This document shows, in pieces, positions 25,301 to 39,300 of a DNA stretch of 64,000 bases. Below the pieces are notes generated by a model that was not told the DNA's origin, did not search any database, and worked only from the letters and a program-made list of their open reading frames with translations. The DNA lies in contig OZ037771.1 of the NCBI GenBank assembly GCA_964035545.1, positions 5,489,190 to 5,553,189 of the forward strand, in the 5' to 3' direction. Made by a program: the position numbers and the translations under genes. This DNA comes from Bugula neritina (lineage: Eukaryota; Animalia; Bryozoa). The first letter of the stretch is position 1; every line of letters begins with the position of its first letter.

Positions 25301-28300
25301 TCCTAAATTATCTTACCCTACGTTATGCTCCACTATCCAACCCTAACATATCCTAAATTATACCAAGTTATCCTAACCTAATCTAAACTACCCTATACTT
25401 TTTAAGTAATTAGAGATTCAATGACCACCTGTATGCTAAAATCTACCTCCCCTAAACTGAGATTACTTATTGTTCACAATATTCATGAGAAAAATATTAA
25501 ATTTCAACCAAATTATTGACAAAATTACCAAATGAAAGATTGGCAAAATCATGTAAAATATGTTTACCGGATAGAAGCACTTCCCCAAGATGCACACTTT
25601 CCCTGTTAATGGCCAGAGGTGCTAAAGAGAGTTGAATATCACACGCAGACGTAGAGGGAGGGATGCTGAACGAGGAGAGAGTTCCCTTACGTGAGCTCGG
25701 TAAGCTCATCAGACTAGAGTTCCTGTTGCCATCTAGACGCAGCAGGCCAGACCCGTGGTTAGAGCTGCCAATCACACTGAAATACGGCAGCATCTATTAG
25801 TAGATGGCAGCAGAGACTGAACATAGTTCTCTCACAGCAGCTGTCTATACACTGCTGTGGTTATCTCCTGATCAATAGTAAGCTAAAACTGCTACTAACT
25901 TCTCATATATTAAGCAGAGTGATAATGGGTAGAATGCTGTTTATTACTAATATTCAAGTTATTGCTTAGGAGCTACTTTTTTTTGGCATACATTTGTTGA
26001 CAGAGTATTGTACACTTGAAAGGTAAAATCATTGCGGACACTTTTCAGAGTAGAATACTAGCTAAACTATACAAATCCACAGAGTGTGAAGCGAGGATAC
26101 GATGGTGCACCAGAAAAATAAAAATATTCAACACGTCATTGAGTTACAAAATAGCAACAAGAAACCACAGAGCACCAAATTTGATACGAGATATTCACTG
26201 CGTTTTCCAGCTTCGCATTATGCATTATGGATTTTTTCATACGGTGTTTGGAAACAGTTGCATTGAATTAAACCGCAACGATAAGTTCATGCAAACTGCA
26301 ACCACAAATTCCTCTGCACGAACATCCATTCGCATAATTCGAAGTTATGAAAATGCAGTGATAGTACTCTGTAAGCTGTGCCCTGTACCTGGGTCTGTCG
26401 TTGACAATCAGAGTGGTGTGTCTACGGGTTCGGATGTACAGAGTGAATATAATAACAGCCACCAGGAGAATAATGGCAGAAGCCACGCCCACAGCTACAT
26501 AAAATATCTCCGTGGAGGTTGGCTTAGCTCTTATATTAGTAGGTGAAACAGCACCTGGCAGCTCTACAAAACATGAACAGTATTTTGGAGTTATCATACC
26601 ACTAACAGTTCAGTGGTCTAGGGGTTAGAGTGTTTGCTTCGTAAACATGAAGTCATGGGTTCAAACCCCAGCAAAGGCCATTATTGATGTTAGGAAAAGC
26701 ATCCAGTCATAATTGCTCCTGTGCCTCATCTGAATAAGTCCTTAGCCCGATTTAACAAAAATCCCTTTCCATCAGGGGTTTTCTCACAGGGATGGGGACT
26801 ATAAACTTGTAAGGGTTTAACAGTTCAGTGTACTCAATAGTACCAGTATATACATTTATAATGCTGTTATATTATACAGCATAGACCAGTATTAATGATT
26901 TTCTTGAATGCATTTATATTCGGAGAACAGATAAGTGTGACAAGTACAACTCAAAACTAAAGGTTACGGACACTGTAGTACCGCCAAGGGTAATCATACC
27001 AACACAGCAACATGCAACTATCAACTCTCTTATTTTGACATCAATTCCGAGAAAATTCAAGCAAGGTTGATGCAAATAACATAAAATATATAATACTTTG
27101 TCTAATTTCATCTCTACCTGTGGAGGCTCTAAACTGTAGAGAATCTTTAACATTTTGATCAAATTCATTGAGAGAAGGTGCGCTGGCAGAGTCTAAAACA
27201 TGCAACAAAAATTATGTGTATTATATATGTAATGTATATACCGTTTGTATAAAGTATATCACATGTATTATGTATATCACATGTATTATGTATATCATAT
27301 GCATCATGTATATCATATGCATCATGTATATTATATGTATCATGTATATTATATGTATCATGTATATTATATACGTATCATGTATATCATATGCATCATG
27401 TATATCATATGCATCATGTATATTATATGTATCATGTATATTATATGTATCATATATATATTGTATGCAACAAGTTAGCAGGTACGTATTTAGTGATCTG
27501 ATAATCATTTCTTCATGTAAACATTTAGTCAGCAAACAAAACCTAGCAGAGCATTTCTGCAGCACCAACTGTTGTGCTGCAGAAAGACATTTACCTGCAG
27601 AGAGAGAGCTACCGGACTCAATAGGAGATACACACTTATATGTACTACTAACTGTAAGAGCGAGAGAAGACATAATCCTGCATGCAGGTAGCTTACAGGT
27701 AGAATATAATGACTCACTAGACACTGAGCACAACTTCTTCCTCTTTAAAGACAGGTTTGTGATGTCATCATTACCAGACATGTTTGTGAGACTCAAGTTT
27801 ACCTGAATTCGGACAGCCGGACGTCTACCCGTACAGTTGAACACCATCTGTATGGCTGAAAGAATACAAATAGACATGAAACTTTATAAAATAAAACAAT
27901 ATGGTAGCAGCTAGTTAACATTTCCCATCTAGAAAACCTTCTCTAAGTGTGTTGTAGGTATATAGTCTGAGAACTGCTTACCTGATTGCTGCATAGGTAT
28001 ATAGTCTGGGAACTGCTTACCTGATTGCTGTGTAGGTACGAGACCAGAAGAAGAGATATTGAGCTGAACAGGCAACTCAATAGCATCTTGGTAGTCGGTA
28101 ACAAAAGAAAGTCGGTAGGAAATCTGAAATTATAACACAAACAGTTCCATATATGAGCCTACAAGGTCATTGCAAGGTGAACTTTCTAACCATGATATGC
28201 AGAGAGAAATGCTGCTTGAGGCTAGAAAAACACTAAAGACCGCAAGTGGAGAAAAATAGTGTGAGCATATGCTGATGTATTCGTGTCAGACAAAGTAAAG

Positions 28301-30373
28301 CCTCTTCTATGAAAATTGAGTAAAAATTAACATAATTAGGAAAACTCAACAAAAAATGGTGTCACCAAAACAATATGAAAAATACTCATATATGCATGTA
28401 GACTCTAATGAAATATGTCATACAAAGCCATACACTGCACCATCAAGGCAGATGTGTGTCAAGTTATTTACTTATGTAAGACTGATATAACTATTCCAAA
28501 CAATACACTGAGTTACTTCAAAATATTAACAACTAATAGCTAAGGATTTCACTTGCATGAGAGACTTTTTAGACAACTAGATACAAACTAATACGAAAGA
28601 TTACAATTACAAATATAACGTGAGGACTAAAGTGCAACCTAAATCATCAAGGATAACTCAAGTCATCAAGTGCAACTCAAGTCTTCAATGTTGTGGAGCC
28701 TTTTTACTGCCACTAGATTATTTGTTGTAAAGCTTACATTGGTGACTAGTAAAAGTAATTAAACACTCGTATTTATATTCTCCTAGATTGTTTTAAGCTG
28801 GTAGGACTGAACAATATATACACATTCATTGATATTTCAACAGAGTTTGTAGAGCAAACACACAGTAAAAAAGTATGGTGCCAGCATTTTCTAGGTGACT
28901 GACTGGAAGCCAAATGAAAAATCATTACTCATTCCATTTTTTATTGATTCAGATTCTATATAAAATAAGGGCTTACCAAAATTAAATATGTTGCATAATT
29001 CACACTTGGCCCGTTAATAACCAATTTTAAACAATAAATGATATTTTGATGCAAATTGGGTGGTTAAACCTTGCCTGGGGTCACAGTGATGGATTGCTGA
29101 ATGAATGCAACGCTGACGAGACGAATTTATTTAAAACTTTTCAATTTTGGAAAATATTGTATCAGGTTACAATTAATAGCAGAAATTAATTCTGGAGAAT
29201 TCAAATAGTCATACAGACTTGAGTGAAAATCAGTTAATAACTACTTTTAAAAATACACAAATTGAAGTGAAACTTTTTTATAAGAATGAGCAGCAATCAA
29301 TATTATTGGATAAATGATGGTATTCTAACTGATAGACACGAAAGCACAACTCATTCCGGAAAAGCAATTAGTTTTGAAATAGCTGAGTTATTGAGAAAAA
29401 AATGTAGACAATGACATCATTTCCTAATGGGTTAGACCTATAGATCTCAGTAGTCACCATTTATCCCCTTACAGTTCAACAAAATCCTACTGTTAACACT
29501 TGTTCAACTACAATAAGCAAACAGATACCGTCAGCTAATTCGACTTCTGTAAAAATACATTCTTCTACTACATTGAATCATGGAGATGCCATGTTGAAAC
29601 AGTGAACAACAACAACAAGTATGTCCTTTGGACATTGCAATGTTAAAACCCCATATGCATTGAAAAGCACTCCATACAAGCTGCGGAGACAAAGTTGTTA
29701 CAATTCTTTTATTTTGATTCAAGTAAGAGCTCATGAAGTTCATGTGATAACATATATTCAAGACGTTTCAACCTGCTTTCAGCTCATATAAAATCTCTTT
29801 CAAGGTTGTGTTTATAGAGAACACAATTGCCTAGTACATCGTGATATTATTAAACAACTTTTAATCAGTGAGTAGTTTGACCTGACCATTACAAAGAGCA
29901 CAAGCAGTTTCAGGCAGTGAAACTATACATACTGGAAGTAATTGTTACAGCCAAGTAGTAGATGTAATAGAATACCGGTCTGGCAGGGTTTCTGTTGCGC
30001 CAACTCAGAACGTGATCGTCATAAGAGCTGTTGATAAGTAACTCTGAGGAGAGGGCGTGTGTCATGAACTTATCTTTCAGTATGTAGTAGACTTGTGCAT
30101 CCATTCCTACAGAAAGAGTAGAGTATGGCATATTAGCATAGCTAGCACCTGCAAGTACTGGACATATATGTCCATGTGTGTTGCAGCAGGTAGTATATAA
30201 AACTGATATGAGCCAACAGATTGCTGTACTTATAACATATATACAAGCTGAGAATAGTACCTACCAAGGAGTCTATTGGTTTCCCTCTCTGACATGAACA
30301 GCTCAAACTGACTGGTGCACATAGTGAGCCTAGCCACAAACACCAACAGAAGCAACTGCGAGAACGCCGCCAT
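22365..30373 (-). CDS. RYK: RYK/Derailed-family Wnt receptor pseudokinase; exons 30373-30265, 30106-29976, 28123-28021, 27855-27718, 27651-27595, 26563-26389, 25776-25568, 25238-25146, 23960-23767, 23441-23332, 23119-22960, 22613-22365
   Basis: Signal peptide MAAFSQLLLLVFVA; WIF domain (LFMSERETNRLLGMDAQVYY...NCTG...LKRKKLC); TM IFYVAVGVASAIILLVAVIIFTLY; kinase-like domain with SGGFG, VLIK, HKDVATRNC, DYALSRDFFPDDYTCLGDNENKPVKWMA, WSFGVLLWEL, QPINCPDELF. DFG is replaced as in RYK orthologues. All junctions GT-AG and in phase. Confidence 0.95.
22688..22840. repeat. 22-bp tandem repeat (AGAGTATAGCAATAGAACTAGT) in RYK last intron
   Basis: About 7 visible units. Confidence 0.9.
23962..25135. repeat. 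15-bp minisatellite (GATAATATACTGTGT and variants) filling almost an entire RYK intron
   Basis: Direct observation; the intron spans 23961-25145. Confidence 0.97.
26616..26817 (+). mobile_element. tRNA-derived SINE (Thr-like head) with 13-bp TSD
   Basis: A-box-like TGGTCTAGGGG, anticodon-loop-like TTCGTAA, B-box GGTTCAAACC, then non-tRNA body; flanked by TAACAGTTCAGTG at 26603-26615 and 26818-26830; second copy at 57885-58096. Confidence 0.85.
27254..27460. repeat. 18-bp AT-rich tandem repeat (ATGTATCATGTATATTAT variants) in RYK intron
   Basis: Direct observation. Confidence 0.9.
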
Positions 30374-33049
30374 CACAAACACATTAGACTGAGAGTCATG
30401 TCATAAGTCTGAGAAACCCTGGCTGGTAGGCTACCATTTCAAAGAGTTCAAGTGTCCTGGAGTCATCCGAAGCTGGCAACTCTGCTAGTGTAAACATAAG
30501 AATTGAGTATTGATGATGGCTGATGTACAAATAAAAAAGGTATTTGGTGAGCACATACGGCATAATAGTATTGTTTACAAAGCATATTTTATTACGAGAT
30601 TGCCTGTGCCAATAAAGATTGAGTAGTGAAATTGCATTCATAACAAATATTAGGTAGCAGTATACTAAAGTATTAAATGAGGAATAGAACTCGTATTTTG
30701 CAGGTTGTTTTATGACCACATTAACATGCATGCCTTTATTACATATAATATATTATAAGGTGGTCAGACTTATTCCTAAATTAAAAGCGAACAGATGCCA
30801 ATTCATGCTAAACATATGCACCAAAATTGATAGCAAAAAACAAACGAAACTTCACTACTAAAATTTTTCGAATGGTAGTCTATTTAAATCAAAATAATAA
30901 CAAAAAATTTTTTCTTGGACTTTGTGTTTACTGATTTAAGGGTTAATATTAATATCAAAATCAAGATTATAATGTACCAATCTGACATTACCTTGTTTAC
31001 TATTAATACAAAAACCAAGAAAATATAATTAAATAATCATTAAACTTATTGACTATTACAATGACTGAAACTTCAAAATCAATATAAATATTTATAGTTA
31101 ATAGGTGACCAAAAGTACAAGTATGATTGACACTCATCTATATTGATATTAGAACTAGATGTGCCAGTAAGTGAGTCAAGTTTTGAGTATTAGTATCATT
31201 TTGAGTGCATCCAAATTCTACTTCAAGTTGTAATTCATATTAATATATAATTGAATATATGTATTATTGTATCAATGTGCGTGCTGCTGCAAAATAAATT
31301 CATATAGAAATTTGGCTGTCGCTAACAGCTGAACATATAGTTTGATATACAAACTATAACCTGAGAAAAAAACATAAAATTTCTAACTAAAATTATACTT
31401 ATTACTATAAACTAAAATTATTAGCTAATAAACTTTTGATTTTCTCTCACAATTATAAAAATAGCCATAGGTATATAAATACTTCTAATCATTGTGCCAA
31501 GAAAGTTAACTATTATGTGCATAAATTTTAGGTGACAGATCTCTTCATAAGTATTAACACAGCTGAGCGCAGTTATGTTAATATTTTCTTCTTCAATTTT
31601 TTTACTGACTCATATAAAGCTAGAATGACTAATGATTAACGAGTGATACTAAAAATTATCATTATAAAATTATAAAATTGACAAAATTCTAACAGTTGTA
31701 AAACAAAAATAAGTCAATGCTGGCATAATGTAAAGTAAGACAGAGCATAACTTATAAGAATGATAACTGACAGGGGTTTTAATAATTATAATTATACTTT
31801 TAGTTATACTTATGTCTTATTACACTCACAGTTATAACTACAAGCTTAGGTTATGACTTGAAGTTAAACTTATAAGCATAACTTATACTTATAGTTATAC
31901 TCATACTGATGCACCCATACAGGTTACCTCAGATGAGGTAGTACTTTCTTGCAATCTGTGTTCAGATCTGATGGGAAGCCTCTAGTTATATATTGCAACA
32001 GCGTAGTACTGTTTAGTGTCTCAGTTGGTGAAAAAGTTTTATCTTACGAATTGATTGTATTAGTGTTTCAATTGACTAGTTGAGATTCTCATGTCATGGA
32101 TTGTCCTTGGTAGGAAGCTGTCATGGGTAATCCAAGTTAGTCTATGTCTAGTCTAACCCTTAGAATGATATTTATACTTACAATAATACTAATAGTAATA
32201 GTAACGAGGAATACTAGCACTGATACTAACACTAATACTAATACAATAGCAATACTTGTAGTCATACTGATACTAAATAGTTAAGCTTAAGAAAGTTCAA
32301 GATAAAGATGTACTAGTATAAGTATTACTAAAAACCCAGAGACCAGAATATCAGTATTACTATTAGTATTACTATTATTATTAGTATTACTATAAATATA
32401 TACTTTTTACTTTATAAACATACTGAGATTTTAAAATTTTCCACTTAGATTTACTTTTAAAACTATTAATTAATGCCATTACCATTACTAATACTCTAAT
32501 ACTAATAGTTATAGACATTCAATTTCATAATGATAATGACAATCATTATGCATTATTATTATGATTATCATAGTCAATACCATTATCATAGAGTTAGACA
32601 TTCACTGTTAGTGTTCACATAATCATAACGATAATCCTATTCATATTGATATGCCAACGGCTACTGGCTTACACTTTGGCTTACACTTCTAAGTCTCACA
32701 CCTTTAGCCTTCAGGCTGAGTTACAATTGCCATTGCCTATTCACATTGGCATTGCACTTAGAGTCAGTCTTACAGTTACATTACAGATTACTTTTACTTT
32801 TTATTTTAGTTTTAATTTAATTTCAAGTTAAATTAATCATTTAACTTTAAGTTAATGCTTCAGTTTGAGAAATTATACTAGTATTACTTTTGATTTATTA
32901 TTTATTATACTTTGTAATAAATTTACAAATCAACTTACAGCTTTTACTACTCCACAAATACTATTAATTTAATTTAATTTTCAATAATTTTGTGCCCAGG
33001 CATAGGGAAGACTCAAGTTTGTAGATTCAGATCCATAACTGAAACTTGT

Positions 33050-33330
33050 GAAGGCACGATAATTGTTAGATATAATCGCCGTTCCAACCCCCTACCGCAA
33101 ACAAGTTGTGAAACTATTATTGCAAGTCGTACATATCATAGTTACCAATATTATTATCGTTGATAATCAAAAGGGCAGTACGATATCTTGTAGGCCAATA
33201 GCGTTGAACTTCCTTTCGTAACTTTATTTCTTTTTGGGTCAGAGGTAGAACTAGAAGATATTATAATTATTGTTATTTCTCTTTCAGTTTCACCGTCCTC
33301 AAAAGTTTAAGATTAAGATTCGTGACTCTC
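33050..33330. promoter_or_regulatory. Probable promoter region of the septin, possibly shared with divergent RYK
   Basis: Local CpG enrichment and a CCAAT box (~33195) just upstream of the septin ATG, between head-to-head genes. Inference only. Confidence 0.4.
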
Positions 33331-33368
33331 CAGCTATTAGCTAGAATATTGGACTTGGTTTTGTAATT

Positions 33369-36300
33369 ATGGCAGATCAAGCAGCTCCCCCTAAGGCTGA
33401 AGTAGTAAAAAATGCGGTAAGTTAGATCAAGAGTGATGACCATGACTAAAACTAAAAGTAAAAGTGAATCACAAAGTTAATCTTATGTCTTATCAGTTAT
33501 CACTTCAAGTTTAACTCCAAGTTCAACTTATAACTATCAATAATGAATAATCAAGTAATGATAATCATACTGATGGTGATAACTCTACAGTCTACACTCT
33601 CTACAAGCTACTGAGTAGTGAGTACTGAGTCTACACTACAGTCTGACTCTGAGTCTATGGTTCACAATCACTATGATTTATCACTATCACTATGAACTTT
33701 AAGTATGACTAAGACTTGGGTATCAGTATCGGTATAAAATTGAGTGAGTTCCAAAGTAATTAGTATGACTATGATACTGACAGAAATAGTAATATCAATA
33801 AACTTAAGTAAATTAGTAATAAACTGAGTGTGCTGCATCAGGGTGAGTATGACTTAGACTAACACTATGAAAACCAATATGAATGTGATATTGATAATGA
33901 TTATTAGTATGGGTATCAGACGCAGGCACTGTGAGTATGAGTATCAGCATGACTATCAGTATCACTGAATCTCAATTTGGATTCGACTTATTTCTCAATA
34001 TAATACCATGGACTTGGAGTTGGACTTGCCATTAGACTCATACTGATACTGATAGTGATACTCAGTCTTATACTGATAGTGATGGTCATAGTGATACTCA
34101 CACTAATAGACGATAGTCATTGTTGTATTTATATGGATACTCGTACTTAATCTTATCTAATTTCATTTACATTTATCTCATATTGATATTGATATTCATT
34201 TTGCTACTCATACTCATTTACTGATAGTGATACTCACACTTTCACTTTGACTACGGATAGCTGATAAACATAGTCATAGTGATAGCTACTTATACCAATA
34301 TTCGGTCTCACTGGTGGTAAGACTAAGTAATGCGATGACCTTTCTGGACACAATTTTATGTCTGACAGTGACACTGACAGGCTGACTAGTCTACCATTAC
34401 ATACAGTATTAGTATGCCTGGTCAAGATTTAATGCAATTCTCATTAATATTAACATAACCATAGTGTAAATAGTTATATTGTAAGTTTATAGATGCAGCT
34501 TCAGACAAATTATCTGCAGTGCAATATTATATCTTAACCAGGTAGTTTGCCATATCCAAGCATTTCATATTTTACAAAAGAAAAAATATTTGAATCTTTT
34601 AGATTACCAAACTTTGTATGTTGGCTTGATGTTTTTAATTCAAATTTTCCTTTTGCGTTGAAAATTTTTCGCCCTTGAGCTAAAATATGAAAATAATAGT
34701 TTGTTGAGAAAAATTGAGTGCTTTCCATTATTTATTATTTGCAATAGGCATTTAGAAATATTTACTGAGTCACATTCGTTTTCTTCTAAAAGACTACACT
34801 CCTACAAGGAAGTGACCTAAGTATTTGTATGATAAATAAAATGACTCAATAAAGTGTCTCTGTAGCTGCTCTGCCCCAGTTTTCCAGCTCTTGAGCAGGA
34901 AACTAAATATATTCAGTACTATTCAGAGTGTTACATGTTCTCATAAGATCTTAAACTATGCTTTCAGACAAACCTACGGGAACTTTCTTTGTCTGGGCAT
35001 GTGGGATTTGACAGTCTTCCTGAACAGCTAGTGAACAAGTCAATCACACAAGGGTTTGCTTTCAACATTCTCTGTGTTGGTAAGAATATGTTGAAATATG
35101 TAATATTTTTACTGCTTTTCTAATCTTCAAACTTAACAATTTATTTAAAATTTTGTTTCAAACATGCTATAGATCATATATAGTGTAGCATCTTGTGACT
35201 GTAAATGGTTTTCTAGTTTCGAAGTAGTTTTGAGGTATGAGATAACTTAGTTTCCACTCCACATTGGAGCGTTTAGGTAAAAAATTTGACTGTTGAAACT
35301 GGTAGCTTTAAAAATGGAATCGTCATGGAAAGCACATTGGGAGTGTGATATCTTAAACACACATGCTTTCTTGCTGGCCGAAATTTGTGTAAGTGTCGTC
35401 AATCGAAGTAGAAGAACATTTTACATGGCACTTGTTAACTATGTTTGCAGGAAGTATCATAAAGAAATGGACTTGTCTGCCTGTAAATACATACTTTTGA
35501 GCCTGTTCAATCAACCTCATTACATCAATTCAAAAAATCGTTTGCTTAGATGTGTTGAACATGCAAAACATACTGTGCTTTCAAAAACTAGTGAGGATGA
35601 AAAAAGTGTTGTTTTACTAAAACATCCGAATGTGGACAGACCTTAAACTGAAAGTGAGGTTTTGCTTTTATTAACCATGCATACTTTGGAAGTACTATTT
35701 TGACCTCACATTGAAACAGCATGATGTGCAGGCTGAAAGTTCCCATCATGCCATGTTCACTGGTCGCTAAGGAACTTGTCCTTGATCACTGTTGGATGAT
35801 TTATATTATCAAATAGACTTTTATTCAAAAAGTAACAGTGGCCGTTCGTTTTTATAGTGGCAATTAACTTGAGTGTTGAATATTCAGAGAGTTTGTATTT
35901 ACGTTTAATAAAACAGTTCTGGTATTGTATCATAGGTGAGACTGGCCTTGGAAAATCTACACTCATGGATACACTATTCAACACACAGTTTGACTCTACA
36001 CCATCTACTCACTTTATTAGAGAAGTAGGCGTGAAGGCTCACACCTATGGTATTACATTGTTTTACTCCGTATATAGTATTAATAGCTGGCTGTATAAAC
36101 TCTACTATAAATAGGATTTGTAGTGCAATATATTTCAGTGTAATTCATCACCGTTATACAACCTAATATCTCTACTGTGATTTCTATGCCACGGTTGCAA
36201 ATGGCTCTAAACAAGTAGTTATATAGATTATAGAATCTAAGGTTTTTGATCTACACTTTACCAAATATAATCTCGGGTAGTCATGCAATTACCAGCTTCT

Positions 36301-39300
36301 TCTAAATGTTTAGTATTGTCAATGGCTATTTCCATGCTGTCCTCCACTCTTTCTAGTGTATAGCATTTGAAAGTAGAGTGAGGTATGTGTGTACTACGAT
36401 TAGTTACACTTGACACTCTCTGTTGTTAGTTGCTGGTATGTGATTAATGGAGCTCCTGTTGTTTAAGCTGAATGTAGAACTTCAATTTATCTCATTGCCA
36501 CGCCCACAACTATCAATCATTCATACATTCCAGCTTTTTTGTGGAAATACCAATCCCACCATTACCAATTTCCTTATTCTTTCTACATTGTGATCACTGC
36601 CTTTCACTTGCAAGCCTGCTTTCCTTTCACATCTTGCCTTCCTACACATTCCTATGTAGTATATTATAATTTAATATACATTAGTATATTATATATATTA
36701 GTATAATTTAATAGACATTAGTATATATAGTAAATTATTATATATAAAATAGAATATACGTTGTAGTATATACCTACATATATATGATATGCCTATGTAA
36801 TGTATACTTATCCAATATGTACCTATACAGTATATACTTATACAATATATACCAATGTACTATATACCTATGTACTACACACCTATACAATAATGCAGTA
36901 TATTTGTACCGTGTTCCTGCAATACACCAGACTGACATTTTGTAGACCTGCAAGAGTCTAACGTACGTCTGAAACTGACAGTGGTTGACTCTTTGGGCTT
37001 TGCTGATCAGATCAACAAAGATAACTCTGTGGCACCAGTAGTAGAGTATATAGACAAGCAGTATGAGGCCTACTTACAGGTAAGTCATGTAATATATAGA
37101 ATAATAATATTAGACATACTTACAGGTAAGTAATGTACTATATAGAATAATAATATTAGACATACATACAGGTGGGTACCATATAACCTAATAATACAAG
37201 GACATTCAGACTTAGACGATACAAGATACAGATACCAGGTTATCTGTCGGCATACAATATGAACTGAGTTGTCCCTTTAAAGTAATATAAAGAAATTAAG
37301 TGTATATTGTGTTAGTCTAACTCACCAATGGGGGGGGGGGGGGGTTAGGAGTGTGAATGTTTCAATGTCTACCACATCAGCCATGTTGCTAGTGTCTGAA
37401 GACCAGATTACATAGTAAGAGTTTCTCCGTCCTGTATACACAGTGTTTGTCATTCTGCAGGAAGAGCTGAAGATAAAGAGACAGCTATTCAACTACCACG
37501 ACACCAGAGTCCATGCTTGTCTGTACTTCATCGCCCCCACTGGTCACTCGTGAGTATCCACCACTTTTTATTTTATCTATAGAGTATAGAGTATACTAGA
37601 TATTCTATAGAGTATAGAGTATACTAGATATTCTATAGAGTATATTAGATATTCTATAGAGTTTAGAGTATACTAGTTATGTTATAGAGTTTGGCATTGA
37701 TTTCTTCTTTCCCTATTTGAGTTACTCTTGGGCAGATGTTATTTTTACTGACAATACAACTGAGTATTTTTAGTTGAACTAATATTTTCCTTTCATTGTG
37801 TAATGTGATGCTCATTCCACTAAACCAGTATACTGAAGGTTGTCTACTAGACATTGGCTATGTAATGCATCTACTTGGCATCTTCTTTCAAACACTACAC
37901 TGTGTATTGTCAATGTACAATGTCATGTGTAATGTTACTAGCATAGTAAGTTGTATATACTGTACCTGTGTGCCATCCTGTATATAGGACTTTTAGTTTA
38001 TCTTTTGGCATTGCAGTTTGTTTTATCTCAACTCTTGTGTCAAAGCAGCCAATTAGCATTATGATAAGATAACTCCAATTTACTTCATACTTTAACATGG
38101 ATTACAGTGGTTTTTCTCTTCATCCATTCTTCACCATGAGGCTTCCCTGTTTGTTCAAATTATTCAATATTTTCTATATAGTTTGAAGTCGCTAGACCTA
38201 GTTACTATGAAGAAGCTAGATAGCAAAGTGAATATAATACCCGTAGTGGCCAAGTCTGACACTATCACTAAGGCCGAGCTACAAAGATTCAAGGTAACTG
38301 GATGCTGTTGTTAGAGGGGGGTTCAAGAAGGCCCTCTCCTTCTTGGCACAGTTAACCTGGCAGCTTGCAGCAGTCAACATACTGAATAGGCAGCACTAAG
38401 GGGGGGGGGAGGGATGACTGAGTATCTGTTTAAACATTGTACTTCAAACCTTAAACCCTCAACTGCAAACTCTAGACCTCCCTCAAACCAATGCACTCAG
38501 TGACCACCAACTCGTTACTACCTCAAGCAATTTTCATAATAAAATATAAATTGTTGCCTGTTATCATTTGGATTTGTCTCCCCAGCTTAAAACGCATACA
38601 TATATGGTGTTGTATGATGTTTAGGCTAAGATTATGAGCGAATTGGCTCAGAACGGGGTGCAGATTTATTACTTCCCTACTGACGATGAGACGGTTTCTT
38701 CTCTCAACCAAGACATGAATGTAAGTCTGAATAAGTAAAGTATTTTACTTTAATGGCCAGACTTGCTTGACCTGGTAACACGTATATAAGCAGTTCCTCT
38801 TGTATAATATAAGTGTATTCCGTAGGGACATCTGCCGTTTGCTGTGGTGGGCAGTACAGATGAAGTGAAAGTTGGTAACAAGATGATGAAGGCTAGACAA
38901 TACCCGTGGGGTACAGTGCAAGGTGAATACACGGCTACATATATTAGTAATGAGAAACTTACCTGATTATCTATTATGAAGTGGTTGTATTTTGTCTCAT
39001 TATCTGCTTCACATGTATTAAATAAGTTGTGAGACTAAATTTAAAGATACACTTTATAATAAGTATGAGTAAAGTGGACATATTATAGCAAGTTTTGTGG
39101 TTTGCTTATCTGAAGTAATTACAGCATTGCACTGAGCCTACAGCATATGACTCAGCTGTGATATATAAGTATCAAGTTATTCACTGCGTCGTCACTGTTA
39201 GTTCTCGCAGTCCTTCTCACTCAATGCTCTGTGCTGTCTTTGCTAGTTGAGAATGAGAATCACTGTGATTTTGTGAAGCTGAGAGAAATGTTGCTGAGGA

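Noticed and set aside
26603-26680. tRNA-Thr gene
   Set aside because: Acceptor stem is incomplete, the sequence continues into a shared non-tRNA body, has a TSD and a second diverged copy: a SINE head, not a tRNA.
26016-27806. Plus-strand ORFs of 176 aa and 212 aa
   Set aside because: Antisense to RYK exons and partly made of an 18-bp repeat; no domain features.
35293-35646. 117-aa ORF in septin intron 2
   Set aside because: No recognisable motif and not needed for the phase-consistent septin model; possibly repeat-derived, but I could not define termini.
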